Positions 12,181 to 25,700 of a stretch of 64,000 bases of DNA are shown piece after piece; within the stretch, counting starts at the first letter, position 1, and each line of letters starts with the position of its first letter. Made by a program: the position numbers and the translations under genes. The stretch covers positions 1,248,627 to 1,312,626 of the forward strand of contig CAJINV010000007.1 of the NCBI GenBank assembly GCA_905178155.1, written 5' to 3'. The notes under the pieces were generated by a model. It saw only the letters and a program-made list of their open reading frames with translations, made no database searches and had not been told where the DNA came from. Source of the stretch: Amoebophrya sp. A120. Lineage: Eukaryota; Protista; Dinoflagellata.

Positions 12181-15100
12181 ATGGATCCCCACATCTCGCC
12201 CTTCCTGCAGCCCCAGCCGTTCGGCGCGAACGAGGTGGTGGTCGCCCCCTTTGCGACAAGGAATTTGCGGTTTTCCCAAATCCGGAAGTTCCCCTTCCGC
12301 AACCTGCCGCACCCGAGCGAACTGCAGGAATTGCGGGACCACATCCGAAAGAAAGCCGAAGAGAAGGAGTTCGGGAAAAAGGGCGGCGGTAGTAGTGCTA
12401 GTTCGAGTTCAAGGAAAAGGAAACAGCCCTCCGGGGCCGCGGGAGGAGGAGGAGGCTTTGGTGGAAGCAGCAACAAGCGACGACCCGCTGCACCTGCGAG
12501 CAGCAGCACGAGAAGAAAAAATAAGCCCGCCGGGGGCGGGCAAACGCACAAGAATCATGGGAGTACCAGCGCGACCAGCCCCCGGAGACCGCAGACCACG
12601 CCCGCGAATGGAGCCCCGGCGATGAACCGCTCTCTGTCCGGGTCCTCCATCGACCCGGCAAACCAGTCTGTGCGATCCTGGCTCCAGTTTTCGCCCAGCT
12701 TGCAGTCCAGCCAGTACTCCGGAATGACGTACACGAACAACGTATCGTGTGTAAGAACGACGCCCCTAAAATATCCCCAGAGTTGTCATGCAAATCTGCA
12801 TGCCTAAAAACGGTTCTCGTGTGCAACTCCATGAGAGGCATTTTCTCAGCATGCTGTGTGCGAGGACTTTGTTGCGCTCATCTAACCATGCGATAAGGAG
12901 CTAGATTTATGATGTGACTTCACTAGCCAAGAACCACTACACTAGAGACCTAGACTTACCATGCGCAACACGAGCCACACCTTGTTGATTTATGTTGCAA
13001 AGCCACCATACGCATACTCTAGGGTCGTGGGGACGTTTTGATATTTCCTCAGGATAGAACGACGGCAGAAGCTTCATCGACCCCAACTATTGGCCCAAGT
13101 ACTCCATCCACCAGTCCGAATTTTCCCGGAACGCGCCCCCGTTATCAATTGCAAAATTGTCTGGGTCTGGAAAGTTGGAACTTGTGATGCTACCTTTGGA
13201 CTCTACATAAAATCTGTATTGCATGAACAGCATATTAAGAGGCGCAATTCGTGCTACGCGAAGAGGGCATTTCTCATTCGGTATGAGCATCAGAAAGCCC
13301 TCGCAGAGTCTCTGATGCTAGGGCATGCATCACAGACCTCATGGGTCATGGAAAATCTGCATGACAAACTTCTGCACTCTTCCAGACCCAGACATATTTG
13401 CATTTGATACCCGTACGACACCTACAACTGCGGGAGATCGTTGCTCAACGCACACCTCCTGGAGCAGGCCGTGCAACCCCGGCCCATGACGCAGCAGGAG
13501 TACAGTCGGGTGAAGTGGGGCACGAAGGCGATTCGGACCATGACGCGGAAGGGAAAGAACCTGGGTCTGCTGGACAGCCAAAACAGCGGGGTCTTCACCG
13601 AGTGGCTGCGCTACAAGCAGCAAACCGACCGGCCGGACTGGTACGACCGGCATCATTTGACGTACGCAAACGACGGAAAGTAAGACCCGGGAAATAGCAG
13701 GCAGGGCATATCTGTAAAAGGCAAAAATCAGAAACACGCGGAAGTTCTTCTTCATCTTGTGTATCCTCATCTTGTGTAATATCCGAAGCAGCATGTTGCA
13801 GCTAAGGCGCTGCTTATGGCGGGTCTTTGTGTGCAGTTGATATTTTTGCAGTACAAATAAGCCCTGCCTGGCTGCTTTTTTCTGTGGGATAGGAAGATCC
13901 AAACCATGCGGGAGTACTTCGACCGCAAGAAGACCATTCCCGACGAGCAGCTGGATTACGTCATACGAACCCGGCAGAACCGCTACAAATTCGAAAAGCG
14001 ACCTTGGACGGAGGGTGAGGATAAAATTGTTTTTTTTGGTCCTTGTATAAGAACGACGACCACGACTCCCGCAAATAAACACAAAGAAAGTACTGCCGTT
14101 GTGACGAAATGAAAATCATCGCACCTTCCTTCGTGTCAATCTGTGCCTTTTCTGCGACCACAACTGAGGAATTCGTTTTTTGCAAACTTCGAAACAAATT
14201 TGTCTCAAATTAAGCCAATAAAGTGCCTATTATTTTATCTATCAGGTAACTGCCACTTTTTCCCCGAGCCTCCATCGGGAAAAGGCAGTCGGCCCACGGT
14301 CACGGGGGCGCTACGGTCGGACTGGCAGGACGTGGCTACCACGAGGAAAAATTTGGTAAAAAACATCGAAATATGCATTGCAAGAAATATGTCTGGGTCT
14401 GCAAAAAGGTTCATTGCGGAACTTGTGATGTCGAAGTCCAATGCTTTGGAGCTCTGTAATGCATGCGGCGGAATAGCAATGGCGCCGCATCTTTGTCACG
14501 AAAAAACACTGTTTCTCATGCGGATTACGCACCGGGAAATGAACGTTCAAAGATTTTTTATGCTTGGCTGCGTACTGCAGTTAGTAATAGTGTTAGTCCG
14601 TCAGACTCAGAAGTTTTATCTTAGCAGGACAATTATTTTCAGACCTCGATATATTTCCAATGCATACGAAAGAGAAACGTTGCTCGGGGACGAAGTGAAC
14701 GAGCGGCGGTATCCTGTGCAAAAGTGTCGTATCCGTAATAATCGCAGATGTGCATGGTGCACAAATTTGCTTTATATATTTATCCCAGCGTAAAAAACCA
14801 TCACGAAAAACTCGATTTTCCAAGCGGAGCAGACTTCTCGTATATGCGATAATTACTGCTAGTACGACACTTTTGCAATGCATAGTCGGTTTTTGACAGC
14901 TATTGCCGCGCGCGACGCTCTCGACGCGGTGGACCCGGAGCTGGGGCGTGCGAAACCAGGAACGGCGCCAGGAAGTACTGTTTTTTTGTCAATGATTCGC
15001 TAAGTGGAAACTGTGTTTTGTCATGCGTATTTCCCATGTGAGATTGGATTGTCATGCGTAGAACTGCGTGAGGAATGAGAAAGTGTGGATTTTTTCAACT

Positions 15101-15529
15101 CCGCAGACCTGCTCTCCGCGAGCACGAGCACGGGAAACGGCAGTGTCGATTGGCGAGACGATTTTGTGCGCTTGGAGTCGAGGCTATGCAATGCAAATCA
15201 TGTTCCTGCCCTTTTCGACGTTATCGAGGTTGTCATGTGGAATCTGCTTAAATTTGAACCTGAGGCCATGTACTTATGCAAAATTTGCAACGTACAACCT
15301 ATTTCTACGCTAGTTGTAGTGAGGCTCATGATGTGGATCTCAAGTGTAAATAGACGCATGCTCCTCTTCTGTTTCCATCTGCTAAAGAGTTGTGTTGCGC
15401 ACACTGCGTGGTCAGGCGGACGTCCTGTCCGTGTGGTTCGGGGGTGAGGGTGATTTTGGTGCATACGGGAAAAATTGGTACCTGCACTCGACCTCTCGCG
15501 AGTATTTCAGTCCGGAGAAGACCGACTGA
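12181..15529 (+). CDS. Hypothetical protein, multi-exon (5 TIR-introns, 3 GT-AG introns)
   Basis: Frame joins across 12743-13061, 13143-13414, GT-AG 13680-13892, 14015-14245, 14372-14671, 14710-14889 and GT-AG 14975-15106; last junction and stop (TGA 15527-15529) less certain. Confidence 0.65.
12743..13056. mobile_element. Introner, family B
   Basis: tatcgtg...tccccagagttgtcatgc...tggggacgttttg...caggata; DR caacg/gaacg. Confidence 0.82.
13143..13409. mobile_element. Introner, family A
   Basis: tatcaattgcaaaattgtctgggtctggaa...ttccagacccagacatatttgcatttgata; DR cccgt/cccgt. Confidence 0.93.
14372..14666. mobile_element. Introner, family A
   Basis: tatgcattgcaagaaatatgtctgggtctg...cagacctcgatatatttccaatgcata; DR cgaaa/cgaaa. 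Confidence 0.88.
14710..14884. mobile_element. Introner, family F
   Basis: tatcctgtgcaaaagtgtcgta...tacgacacttttgcaatgcata; DR ggcgg/gtcgg. Confidence 0.85.
15185..15465. mobile_element. Degenerate introner
   Basis: tatgcaatgcaaatca...tgattttggtgcata; DR unclear. Confidence 0.55.
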
Positions 15530-16602
15530 AGTTTTATTTCACAATCGAGTACTATTATCCAAATGAACACGTAGGTGATATTGATGAACAAAGCTAATAT
15601 GCAAAAAATGAACAAATTCAATACCGCGTTTTGCTAGAATGAACACTAACACTTCTTGATGGGCCTGGGGAGAGCTGTTGTACTTCTCACGTCGAGATCG
15701 ACTGACTTTATGATCCAGCGAGTCCACTTCTTCGAGAATGTATTTACGTTTCTGAACTTGCTTTCACTCTTGCAGTCGTCCTACAGATGACCAGGACTAG
15801 CCCTACGGATAGTCCTGGTGTACAGCTACGAGAGTAACATGGGTGGAGGACCACCTTTCGCCACCATGGGTGCAGCAAGGTGGGCCTGCTGTATCTCTGA
15901 AGACTGTAGGAATTTTACGATTTGTTGTTGTCACTGCTCCGGTCGTGTCAAAGAACTTCGTTTCCCTTGTACAAACAACGGTGCTTGCCTTGTACAAAAA
16001 CGCAATAAGCCAGAACGAGTGGAGCAATAGCAAAACTTTGACGAACACACAACTACTGTGAGTCGTCTTCTTCTACTTCCCGCGAGCTTCATTCTCTTTC
16101 GGCAAAGTTGGCAGAGTTCCGGGGTTGATGTTTTACGAGGACTAAGAAGATCAAGATCCGTGCTTCGATCTGTGATCACCTCCCTGTCGTGCTAGGAGTC
16201 GGAGCCTGCTATCGTCGAATTCTTTCTTGCGTACGGCAAGAAATTACTTACGCCTGGTCCAGATTGCGATCTACTCACTGCGGTCAACCACTAAAAACAT
16301 TCCGCTTCACAGCCCGCCACTTTGTACTTGTCTCCCGCGCGATGCCCAGAACGCGGCTTCTGTTGCGGCTTTAATGTGAAGGAAGATCAACGCAAGATCA
16401 AGCTGGAGGGGAACTTCACAGTGAATATCTTTCGACAGAGATTTGATTTGGACTTCGCACTCTTCGTTGGTTGTCGTGTGAAAGCAAAGATAAAGTTTTT
16501 GTATGAAGTTGTGAAGTGCATACATTTCTGAACAAGAAAGTTCTCGTCGGTAATTTTGAAACCTACGTAATATGGTAACATGGACAGTCCTTGTTCCCGA
16601 TC

Positions 16603-18791
16603 ATGAGTGGTTTGTTTTCGTACGCCCGACCGCGAGACACGCGGCCGGTCGCACAGCTGGGTGCGGAGCTGCGACTGGCGGCGCAGGCACGAGTGCACCG
16701 GTCGGGTACGGTACAGCGATTGCTAGCGGCAAGGGTAAAAAAGAATACATGCAACACACACAGCAAAGAGTGGTCTGCCATCAACAATCCGTCTTCGAAC
16801 AAGAGACACTTGGCCGAGGACGACGTTGGAGGTGTGTGCAACGACCTCACGATAGAAGATAACTCTGGCGTAAACAGCAGCGGAAGTTGTAGTAGAAATA
16901 AAGCTCGTGCAGTCGGTGGGGGGAACGAGCAATATTGTTTACCGCCTGTACGTCATCGCGAAACCCAAAGCTCATCGGGGACGGTCACCTCTTCTTCGCC
17001 ACATCGCGGCAGTTTCAATAAGAGTCAAAAAAATCCGGCGTTACTAGTAACCACACCAAGTGGACGAGGAGGTAGAAGAACCGCAGCCCCACCTCGCGAA
17101 GAAGCAGAGCCGCTGTTCGGGGGCCGACAGGCGTCTTTTCGGTCCCCTGAGCTCCCGGTGCCGACGGGGTTCGCTGCGGAACGGCGCGCTGCACGAAATT
17201 CTATTGGGGACGAGAAAAGTAGTAGAGCGGGAGCCACCTCCGAGCAGGGCACCGTAGGGCGTGACGAAGGTGAAAGAGCTAGACTCCTCGGAGCGGCACG
17301 AGTCGCTAGTCTGGAGGATCCGAAAACGCTGGGTCTTCATATCAGATGCAAATGTGCTGTCTGGGTCGGGAAGACTGCCGAGGTTTGTCACGCTGCTCTG
17401 ACACGAGAGAAGAACCTGCCCTGCTCAATGCGATAGTACAGACTCCTTGCTTTGCCATGCAGAAATGCGGTCTCTCACTCCGTTTGCGTATGACAGAGCC
17501 GCTCAAAAGATTGTCATGCCTGGCTCTGACGAGGAGGCTGCTTACTATCCGCGCAGTAGCATCCCAAGTTTTTTTTTCCGGACCCTGACATATTTGCAAT
17601 GCATACTTCATCGTGCAGATGATCCCGATAGAAATGATTCGCCGAAAAATTACAGGTATGCATCGCAAATACCACTGGATGTGTGAGGATCTGTGTTGCT
17701 GGTACTCGCGTCGCGGAGTAACTGCTTGTATGGCGCAACAGCATCGGAAGCTTTGCAAGGCTTATTGCAGATTCATTGGCAAAGCGAATGGCAGACTGAT
17801 TTTCCACGCATGACAAAGAAACTGGCTGCTCGTATTCATGCATTTCTTTGAGCTGCTCAGCCTTCGAACCCCGCATCTCAATTCCAGAACACCAGACATA
17901 TTTGCAGTGCATAATAAGCCGGTCGTTCTGAAATCCGGTAGCGTGGTGCGGCCGACGAGGTACCGGCTGTTTCTGCGTTGCTCTTATGCATCGCAAATAT
18001 TTCTCGGTCTGGAAGGACGCAACTCTGATGCTGATTCACGAACGGGAAAACATCTGCGTTGCATAGAGGGCAAAAGATATGCGCTTTTTGTCTCCTCGAG
18101 AGGGTGTTTAGGCATGCAGAGGTCTTCACAGAGTTTCTTTGTGATGCTCTGTGTGCATTTCTGAAAAAAATGCATGCCAAGTGTCTGGCTTGTCCCAGAC
18201 GAGCGAGACACATTTGCAATTGATAGCTCCCGAAATTTTGCGCGCAGCACCGTGCGGCCCAGGGCCGAGAGGGACCGGACCCGCGGAGTCAAGCCGCATT
18301 TGGGAACCGAGGCCCGCGTTCTTGAGGGGACAAGTGATCCTGGTACGGCTACTCGTACCGATATGAGCTACTCTGGAGCAGGATCAGCACGCCTAGCACC
18401 CACGTCAACAAGTGCTGTGCTGGCACCGTCGCCGCGACCCTGGGTTCAGGACTTCGTTTCGTCGGGGGACGCAACGCCAGATGGTAATCAAGATCAAAGG
18501 AGAAGAATCAAGGAAAAAGCCCCATCGACGAGCCAGCACTACTACAATCCGGGCCTGTACGAGGAGCGGAAGCGGCTCCGGAACTTCCTCAAGTACGAAG
18601 TTCTGAAGTCCGACCAGGCCCGGATCCCCGACATTTTCATCCCCATCGATAAGCCCTACTGCGCGATCGTAAGTTTTGCCGACCCGCTGCAGCGGGACCA
18701 GGTTCTGCGGGAGAAGCGGAAATTGTTCGAAAACGCACAGCTTTTCCTGCCGGGCGAACTGGAAACGGTGGAGGTATACGGGAAAAAATAA
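16603..18791 (+). CDS. Hypothetical protein with possible C-terminal RRM-like domain, 4 exons
   Basis: ORFs 16591-17436, 17838-18164 and 18174-18791 join in frame after removing three TIR elements +5 nt; C-terminal IPDIFIPIDKPYCAIVSFAD resembles an RNP1 region (weak). Confidence 0.6.
17340..17605. mobile_element. Introner, family A
   Basis: tatcagatgcaaatgtgctgtctgggtc...gaccctgacatatttgcaatgcata; DR cttca/cttca. Confidence 0.9.
17657..17913. mobile_element. Introner, family A-like
   Basis: tatgcatcgcaaata...tatttgcagtgcata; DR acagg/ataag; removal +5 nt restores frame. Confidence 0.8.
17985..18225. mobile_element. Introner, family A
   Basis: tatgcatcgcaaatatttctcggtctgg...ccagacgagcgagacacatttgcaattgata; DR gctct/gctcc. 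Confidence 0.85.
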
Positions 18792-20364
18792 TTTTGATTT
18801 TCGGGGAGATGAAAATTAGTAAACTGTGAAATGAACTTCTTCTGCGTGTCGAAATTGAGTATGTTTTTTTTTGAGTGAAAAAATGATGTGGACTATCGCT
18901 AAAAGCGGAGAAGGAGAATTTTTTTTTAATCAGAAATAAGATCTGCTCAGCCACTCCGTCTTCGATCGATTCCAGCGCGCGTGAAATTCTGATTTCCACC
19001 ACCCTGCGTAGCTGCTAAAGCTCGCTTGTTCCATCACCAACTAGACAGTGACAAACAAAAACAGACTCTCTGTCGCTGCCTTTCCTGTCCATTTAGTCGT
19101 CGCGCAGCTCCTGTTTGTCAGTTTCATGGTATATTACAGCTCCAAGAACTCTCTTGTCGTACTCTATTAACTTGCGCCGCCTTCATTTGTATGTCGTCAG
19201 ATTTCCGGGGAAAAAAAGTCGTGGGCTGAAAAAGTACTGAATCGTCGCGAAAACGTCGTCGTCGTCGTCGTCAAATATGAGCGAAGAACAAAAAAGCGCC
19301 AAAAAATAGAAAAACACCCATTGGTCGATAATTAACCAAAAATAAAGTATAGGAGAGGATACCGGTTTCCCCACCTCGTAGGAAAACTTTGATTTGAAGG
19401 TAGGTTAAGACTCGGAAGACAAACTGTGGATGGACAGTTACAGAACTACAAAAACAAATGAGAACAACCAAAAAACTCGCGGCTGACTCTACGCAACCAC
19501 TGTCAAGTTTGTGACGGTAGTTCATGAAGTGATACCAAGAACAACTTTTTTTTTCGATAAAGAGCAACAGTATGTCGAGCTAATTCGAGGACGTATCTAT
19601 TGTATTCCAGTATTCGGCGTTTCTCTTGCTCATCGCGGGCCTCAGTCGCTGGAAGCCAAGGAGCGACTCAGAAGCCGGATAGCTCCACTCGCTGCACCCC
19701 TCCTCGTGCTTCAAGAAGAGCTACCCTCTGCAGGGCTGCCAGGTGCAGAAGGTAAGGAGCATGTCTTTTGTTGAACATCAGTCGAAAACAAGAGTTTGCA
19801 GAGCCAGGAAGAGGGTGATCTTGACAACTTAGGTTTCCGTTTCCTGTTTTGAGCGCATGACCCGGTTTGCACGATGCAACTTTTCAGGTTTGTCTAAGTA
19901 CGCACGAGTGCTAGAGCTGTCCACTTCTGCGTCGGAAACCCGCCGGGACACACACTGAGGTGCGACGCAACTGTCTACGGGCGGTAAGTAACACGAGGGA
20001 GGCCGGCAGGACGAGACAAAAGACGGACAGAGATTTCGGCTCGGGACGCTGCATTTGACTCCGTAAGCGTAAAACTAAGCGGCTAACTTTGATTGATGCT
20101 GCATGAATTTCGGGTCATAGGGTACTGCACTGAGAAAAATACGTGGTAGTGATGCATGAATGAAAAAAAAAATGGAAATACATTATCCGAACTGCTTCAG
20201 GTGCGTGTGGGTGACGGGGACTGAAACGCAAGGTCACTCCTCGGGTTGCATCACCACCTCGGGTTGCCCGAGTCTGCTCTACCTGGTTTTCGTTCGACTT
20301 GTACAGCTACCTTCTACGTGGTGCCGACTTGAAATTTCCGACCTCGCTTGCAGTCGCCAGAATT

Positions 20365-21951
20365 ATGGTGCGGCTGTCTCCGTCGAAGGTCGAGCTGCTC
20401 GCCCGTCGCGGCGCGGTGCCGTCGTGGCAAAGGCAGAAAGTTTCCCGGAAGAACGTCTACACAAAGCAGCGATCCAGCAAGAATGCGGCGGCAAAAGCCA
20501 GCGCGCGGAAGAATTGGTCCGGCGGCGCGGTCGGGCTGCTGCTCGCGGGTGGGGCACTCCAAAGCTTTTTGAGCACGTGGCGGATCGCAGTTACCGCGCT
20601 CGAGGTTCCGTCGCATCTACGGGAGTCGGGAGCGGCCACAGCTACGGCTTTTGCGGAGGAGGAAGACGAGTATTCAGACGTGGCTACGCCCACCTGGGAC
20701 GCAGAATATTCTAGCAGATGGAGCGTGTCTCCATTCAGCGGCACCGCCAGCCACCTCCAAGTGGATGAAGATGGAAAACCTGTGGCTCCGACTTTTCCCG
20801 TGTCTACTTCGAACGCGGCCAGGTTGTCCGGGAAGAAAAAGAAAAACGGTGTTGAAGCAACAGCAGGAGAAGTGAGCAATTCCCTCTGGGAAATCGACAC
20901 GGCATCAGGAACAGTTTCGCCTACACCGAGGGACGGACACACACCAGACCACCACTCGACTGCGTTCTCGGAACTGTCCGCCGGTGAGAACAGTAACACG
21001 ATTCTTCCCGAGGCGGACTACAGCGCCCTGCCGTCGACAGGAGTAGCGCCTGTTTCTCCTACGCTCCCGTCTACTTTTAACGAGGTTGTGACTACCTCAC
21101 TCGACCGCAATGCCGATGTTGGACCAGCTACCGCAGCGGCGCCGAGCTCGGCGCCAGGTGAGCAAGCAGATCGCAATCCTGTGTCTTTCCCGAACGCGAC
21201 GGGAACGGCTTCTCCTCGCGAAAGTCCCTTCCTTGCTCATCATGCTGCGCGCAGGGCGGCGATTCTGAAGACTGCGGGGCCGCAGCTCGCTACGTTGACG
21301 CAGCAATTGAACGTAACAAAAGACGAGGCGGAGATCATTGTGCTTGCAGAGGCGCAGCTGGGACCGAGAAACCTGCGCGACTACGGACGCAGTGGGGCTT
21401 TCGACCGCTTTGTCGAGCTCGACCTCGATGCAAACGGCGTGTTGGAAATTGCGGGAGAGGTGCAGGAGTTCTGCCCACGTTCGGCAGATCTGGACGGAGA
21501 CGGAGTGTTGGATGTTTCGGAGCATTGGGCACTGTGCGGGCAAAATCTTGTGGGGGCGACGAGCACCTCCTCGGACGGACGCAGCGACACGACCGGGGGC
21601 GGAATTGGAATCGGCGCAGCGCCACCAGATGGGCGTGAGCTCTCCCGCAAAATTTTGTGGTCTCCCGCGGGTCACTCGTTCGTGGAGCGAGAATTGCGGA
21701 TCTGGTCGTTGTTCAGTTGTTGCGATGGTCGCAATAAACGAGTGACGTTTATTGCGGACGAGAAGCAGCTGGCGACTTCTATTGACGGCGCAGGCACTGA
21801 TGTCCCGTTGGATACGTGGAACGAAGGGTTGCAGGAAATACACGAGGGCCAGGCAGAACGGAACGGTGACGTATGGGTGTACAATGCCTTGAAACGGAGC
21901 TCCAAGCAAGGAAAGGAATGGAAAAGAGATGAGGAGGACGTGGAAGAATAG
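20365..21951 (+). CDS. Putative secreted/membrane EF-hand protein, single long exon
   Basis: Long ORF; hydrophobic segment GGAVGLLLAGGALQSFL; two EF-hand-like loops DLDANGVLEIAGE and DLDGDGVLDVSE. Confidence 0.6.
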   Translation: MVRLSPSKVELLARRGAVPSWQRQKVSRKNVYTKQRSSKNAAAKASARKNWSGGAVGLLLAGGALQSFLSTWRIAVTALEVPSHLRESGAATATAFAEEEDEYSDVATPTWDAEYSSRWSVSPFSGTASHLQVDEDGKPVAPTFPVSTSNAARLSGKKKKNGVEATAGEVSNSLWEIDTASGTVSPTPRDGHTPDHHSTAFSELSAGENSNTILPEADYSALPSTGVAPVSPTLPSTFNEVVTTSLDRNADVGPATAAAPSSAPGEQADRNPVSFPNATGTASPRESPFLAHHAARRAAILKTAGPQLATLTQQLNVTKDEAEIIVLAEAQLGPRNLRDYGRSGAFDRFVELDLDANGVLEIAGEVQEFCPRSADLDGDGVLDVSEHWALCGQNLVGATSTSSDGRSDTTGGGIGIGAAPPDGRELSRKILWSPAGHSFVERELRIWSLFSCCDGRNKRVTFIADEKQLATSIDGAGTDVPLDTWNEGLQEIHEGQAERNGDVWVYNALKRSSKQGKEWKRDEEDVEE

Positions 21952-22706
21952 AGGCACGGGAAAACGCAATCAAGAACAATCCCGATTCCTACAAACGAAG
22001 AGATAGGTTGAAGCGATTGAAGGAGACGGGGCAAAAAGTTGCTGCGTGGTATAACTCACCCATGTACTTTTGGAAAAAGTAAGAAATTTCAACGATGAAA
22101 AAATAAAAAAGGAAGCGAAGATGAAAATGACCTGTGATGACTTCTGCGCCTCGAAGTGTGTGATTTTTTGAGCGAGAGAATGGTCTGTAATATCGTTACA
22201 GTCGGAGAAGGGAACTTTTTTGCCAGAAGCAACATCTCCACTCGCTCCGCCTTGGCGGCGGCGCGCGTGCAGTTCTTGCCGTGCGCAGAACTCGTGTCTG
22301 GTTCATCGACGCGCCACTCTAGACTGTCGAAAACAGTGGCACTTTTGTGATCGTTCGCGAGCGTGTTCGGCATGATCGGTGATTTTTCCGAAAGGACATT
22401 TTCTTGCGGCGCTCTGCTGCTCACTCCGGCGGCGTCGCTCGGGGTGAGGCAGAGAAGCTGTTTTCTACATTACTTAGAGGAATCTGTTGTACATTGAAAG
22501 TCGCTGAATGCCGAAAAGCTAATATGGCTGATGTCGAAGTGTGATCCTGATATGTCACCGTGAAACCTTTCTTGTTTGCTGTTTTTTACCTCGACAAGCG
22601 GCGCACGTAGAGGGTTGCAGGACCATCACCTAGATTTGTAGGGAATGAAATATTTCCTTTGAGGATCTACTAGCAAAAGTGCTTCATTAAAAAGAACCAG
22701 TTGACC

Positions 22707-25700
22707 ATGTTCACGGGCGTTTTCCTGTTTGGCGGGTTCATTTTCTTTTCCGTGTACCGCCATTTTGTCACGTACAGCAGCTCTCTGGCCGGCAGCTGGT
22801 GGGCGGCGTATTACCTGTGGTTCTACCTCTTTCTGCTATTGCTCTTTTGCGTGGACCTGTACCATATGCCTTGCAGATATGATGTCTGGGTCGTCTGGAA
22901 GAGTTCCTGATGCGGATTCGGGAGCCGGCAAAAATTTGTATTGTATGAGTTCCAAATGAAGCTGTCCATTTCGTGCTGCGCAAGTGGAGAATTTCTCATG
23001 CGGGGTAGGCATGAAGATCAAGAGGCCTTCGCCTTCTGCGCAAAACCTGTAAAATAAATGCTTCTGAGTGCAGTACTAGAGACCAGGTGGACCACCATTT
23101 TTGCGTGATCCAAAAGATGCATGACAAACTAATGCACTTTCTTCAAGGAGACCCAGAGGTATTTGCCGTGCATATACCATGTGTACCGTTACGAGATCGT
23201 GGAGTACGATTGGCTTACCGCAACGGACAAGTTTGGCATCGGGCTCCTGCCCGAGGACGAGCAGAAGCGGTACTTTTTGCCGAACTGGCTGCGGCTCTGC
23301 TCCCTCACCACGCCCATCTTCGTCATCTTGGTGTTCCTCATCTCATTGGTGCACACCATGCAGCACCACTGGCACATTAGCGCCGTGCTTGGGAAGCGGT
23401 GGCAGCACATCGTCGCGGAACGAGCGAAGGCGTCCGGGGGTGCAGGAGCCGCCCCCACTTTCCCGCAAGTTGTACCAGAAGAGGGAGGCGAGCACGAGCA
23501 AGGGGGCGATGTTGGTCCACCGTCGACGCAGCTGGAGGACAAGAACTCGCAGTTCTATCAGGACCTGCAAGAGTATTTAAACTTTCACACCAAGAGCAGC
23601 AGCGATACGGAACAGCATCAAGTCGGAGGTCTGGAAGGTATTAGTGGGAAGCAGGAGATGAAAAGGAAAAATGTCAAGAAAGTGGATCCGTATCTCGAGG
23701 CGCTCTTCCCGCACGACCTGTCGATTCAAGTTATTGCACTGCCGTGTGTCTATTCCATGATGGCGTTCAAGTCTGTCGTGCGGGTTTGGATGATGATGAC
23801 TGCGTTATGCAGTGCAAACATGTAGTCTTGGTCTGGACGTCGAGGAGTGCTGAAACAAGGGGTGCGCATTCGGGATGTCGATGCAAAATGCTGTGATGCA
23901 TGAAGTGCCGGAGGGCCACATATGAGTCTCCTGCCAGGCGAAAGTCCGATTTCTCATGCTATTTATATGCATCATGTACACTTGGAGCAATTTCTCATGC
24001 CTGGCTGGGTAAGGAAATCCGTTGCTCGTGCTCCTGGGGAGACAAGCACTACTATGTTTCCGACTGAGACGTATTTGCAAAGCACATGCGTCCACGCACA
24101 ACAACAACGTGGCCGACATCGAGTCGCGGAAACAGCTATCGCAAGGGAAAAACAACTGTTTCGCCGTGAACTTGTATTGCAGAGGATGCAACCTACCACC
24201 TAGAAGTGTTTGTCTTGTTGTTGCACCACATGCAAGACAGTGGATGCGTGATACCCATGGCAGATTTTTTCATTCATGTGGAGGAAAGTTGTAATGCAAA
24301 TCGTGGAAAATAGCCAGTGTGAAACAGTTTTTTCGTGCGATAACAGCAACTGATGGACTACTACGAAAGCAACTACCAGTATGGAGGAAAAATACTGTAT
24401 GAAAAGGGTAACTTTCTTGTTTTGCAGACTATGCAAGACAGTTGCACTTGTGATGCTGGACATTCGTCATAGGCTAGTTTCGTAGGTGTGCGGTTCGCGT
24501 CTTACACACGCATATACAACAAGTCTTTATAATTTCTGTCACGCAAAACGTACAAATCGAAATCTGTGAAGCTACTCGCTCAAAAAAGTTAGAGTTACAC
24601 TGACACGGTTTCTTTCCTGGATACCCAGCTTGCGGACCTGTACGAGGCCTGGGCGATCTGGTGTTTCTCGCGGTTGTGCGTCCGACAGGTGTATGCATTG
24701 CACGTGTGTCTGTGTCTGGACGGGTGCAAGGTCGTGACGTATCCTGCGGACCACGAGACAAACGCAAACCTCTGCTGCATTGCATGAAGAGCACGATCCA
24801 ACTACTTTTTGCTACGGACAGGTGGCATTTCTCATGCAGGATAAGCATCAAGAAGCCCGCACGAAACCCGTCGCAGATGCTGCGTTCTGCACCATCCCAG
24901 ACACCCTGCGTGGGTCATGCCAAATCTCGGTGACAAACTTAGATCTGTAGAATTTTTTTTCTTGGGACGCCCGGCCCTTAGCCTTCCACCATGACAAACC
25001 TAGATCTCCTGCACAACTCGCCCAGACCCAGACATAATTGCAGTTGAGAGTGTGAAGAACATCTCGCGCCAGGAGCGGTGGGAAGGCACAGCCAAGCGCT
25101 TATTCAAACCGCTGTCCTCGATCACGCTGCTGGGGGTGCAGACCTTTGTGTTGGTCTACGGGATCAGCTGCTTCTACCAGCTCCTGCTCTCCGTGTTGAA
25201 GAAGACGCTGAGCATCGACCTGGAGGACATCCCCGTGGTCGGTTCGGGCATCGAAACGGTCGCCACCTACATCAACGGCGCCGGCTTCGTACCAAGAGTG
25301 AAAACTAGTATAATCGCATGCGCGGAATAAAGTAGATAAAAAACGCGTGTGCCGCGAAGTGGTAGTGGAGAGGTTCGTGCCCTATATGTGGCTGTCAGTT
25401 AATATTTCTCCGCCACTTTTATTCGATCAAGAGCACAGGAATATCAAAATGAGTTGTACGTCCGAAGTAGATTTATGCGTGGTCATGTCTCGTCCCGATA
25501 AAGAAGATGATCACGGAACTAGTTACTTCAGTAGATAGAATCTGTTGCCTATAAAGCACTATGCGCTATAATCTACGACTACTTCACCCTTGGCATATAC
25601 CGTCGCGTCCTGTCTCGCGCTCTACAACATAATCCTGTTCGAGACGCAGTTGCATGAATGGCTCGACAAGTTCGATCCGTTTTGGAAATTCTGGGGCGCC

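Noticed and set aside
11565-12392. 275-aa ORF upstream of and overlapping the gene at 12181
   Set aside because: No recognisable domain, non-ATG start, and it overlaps the better-supported frame.
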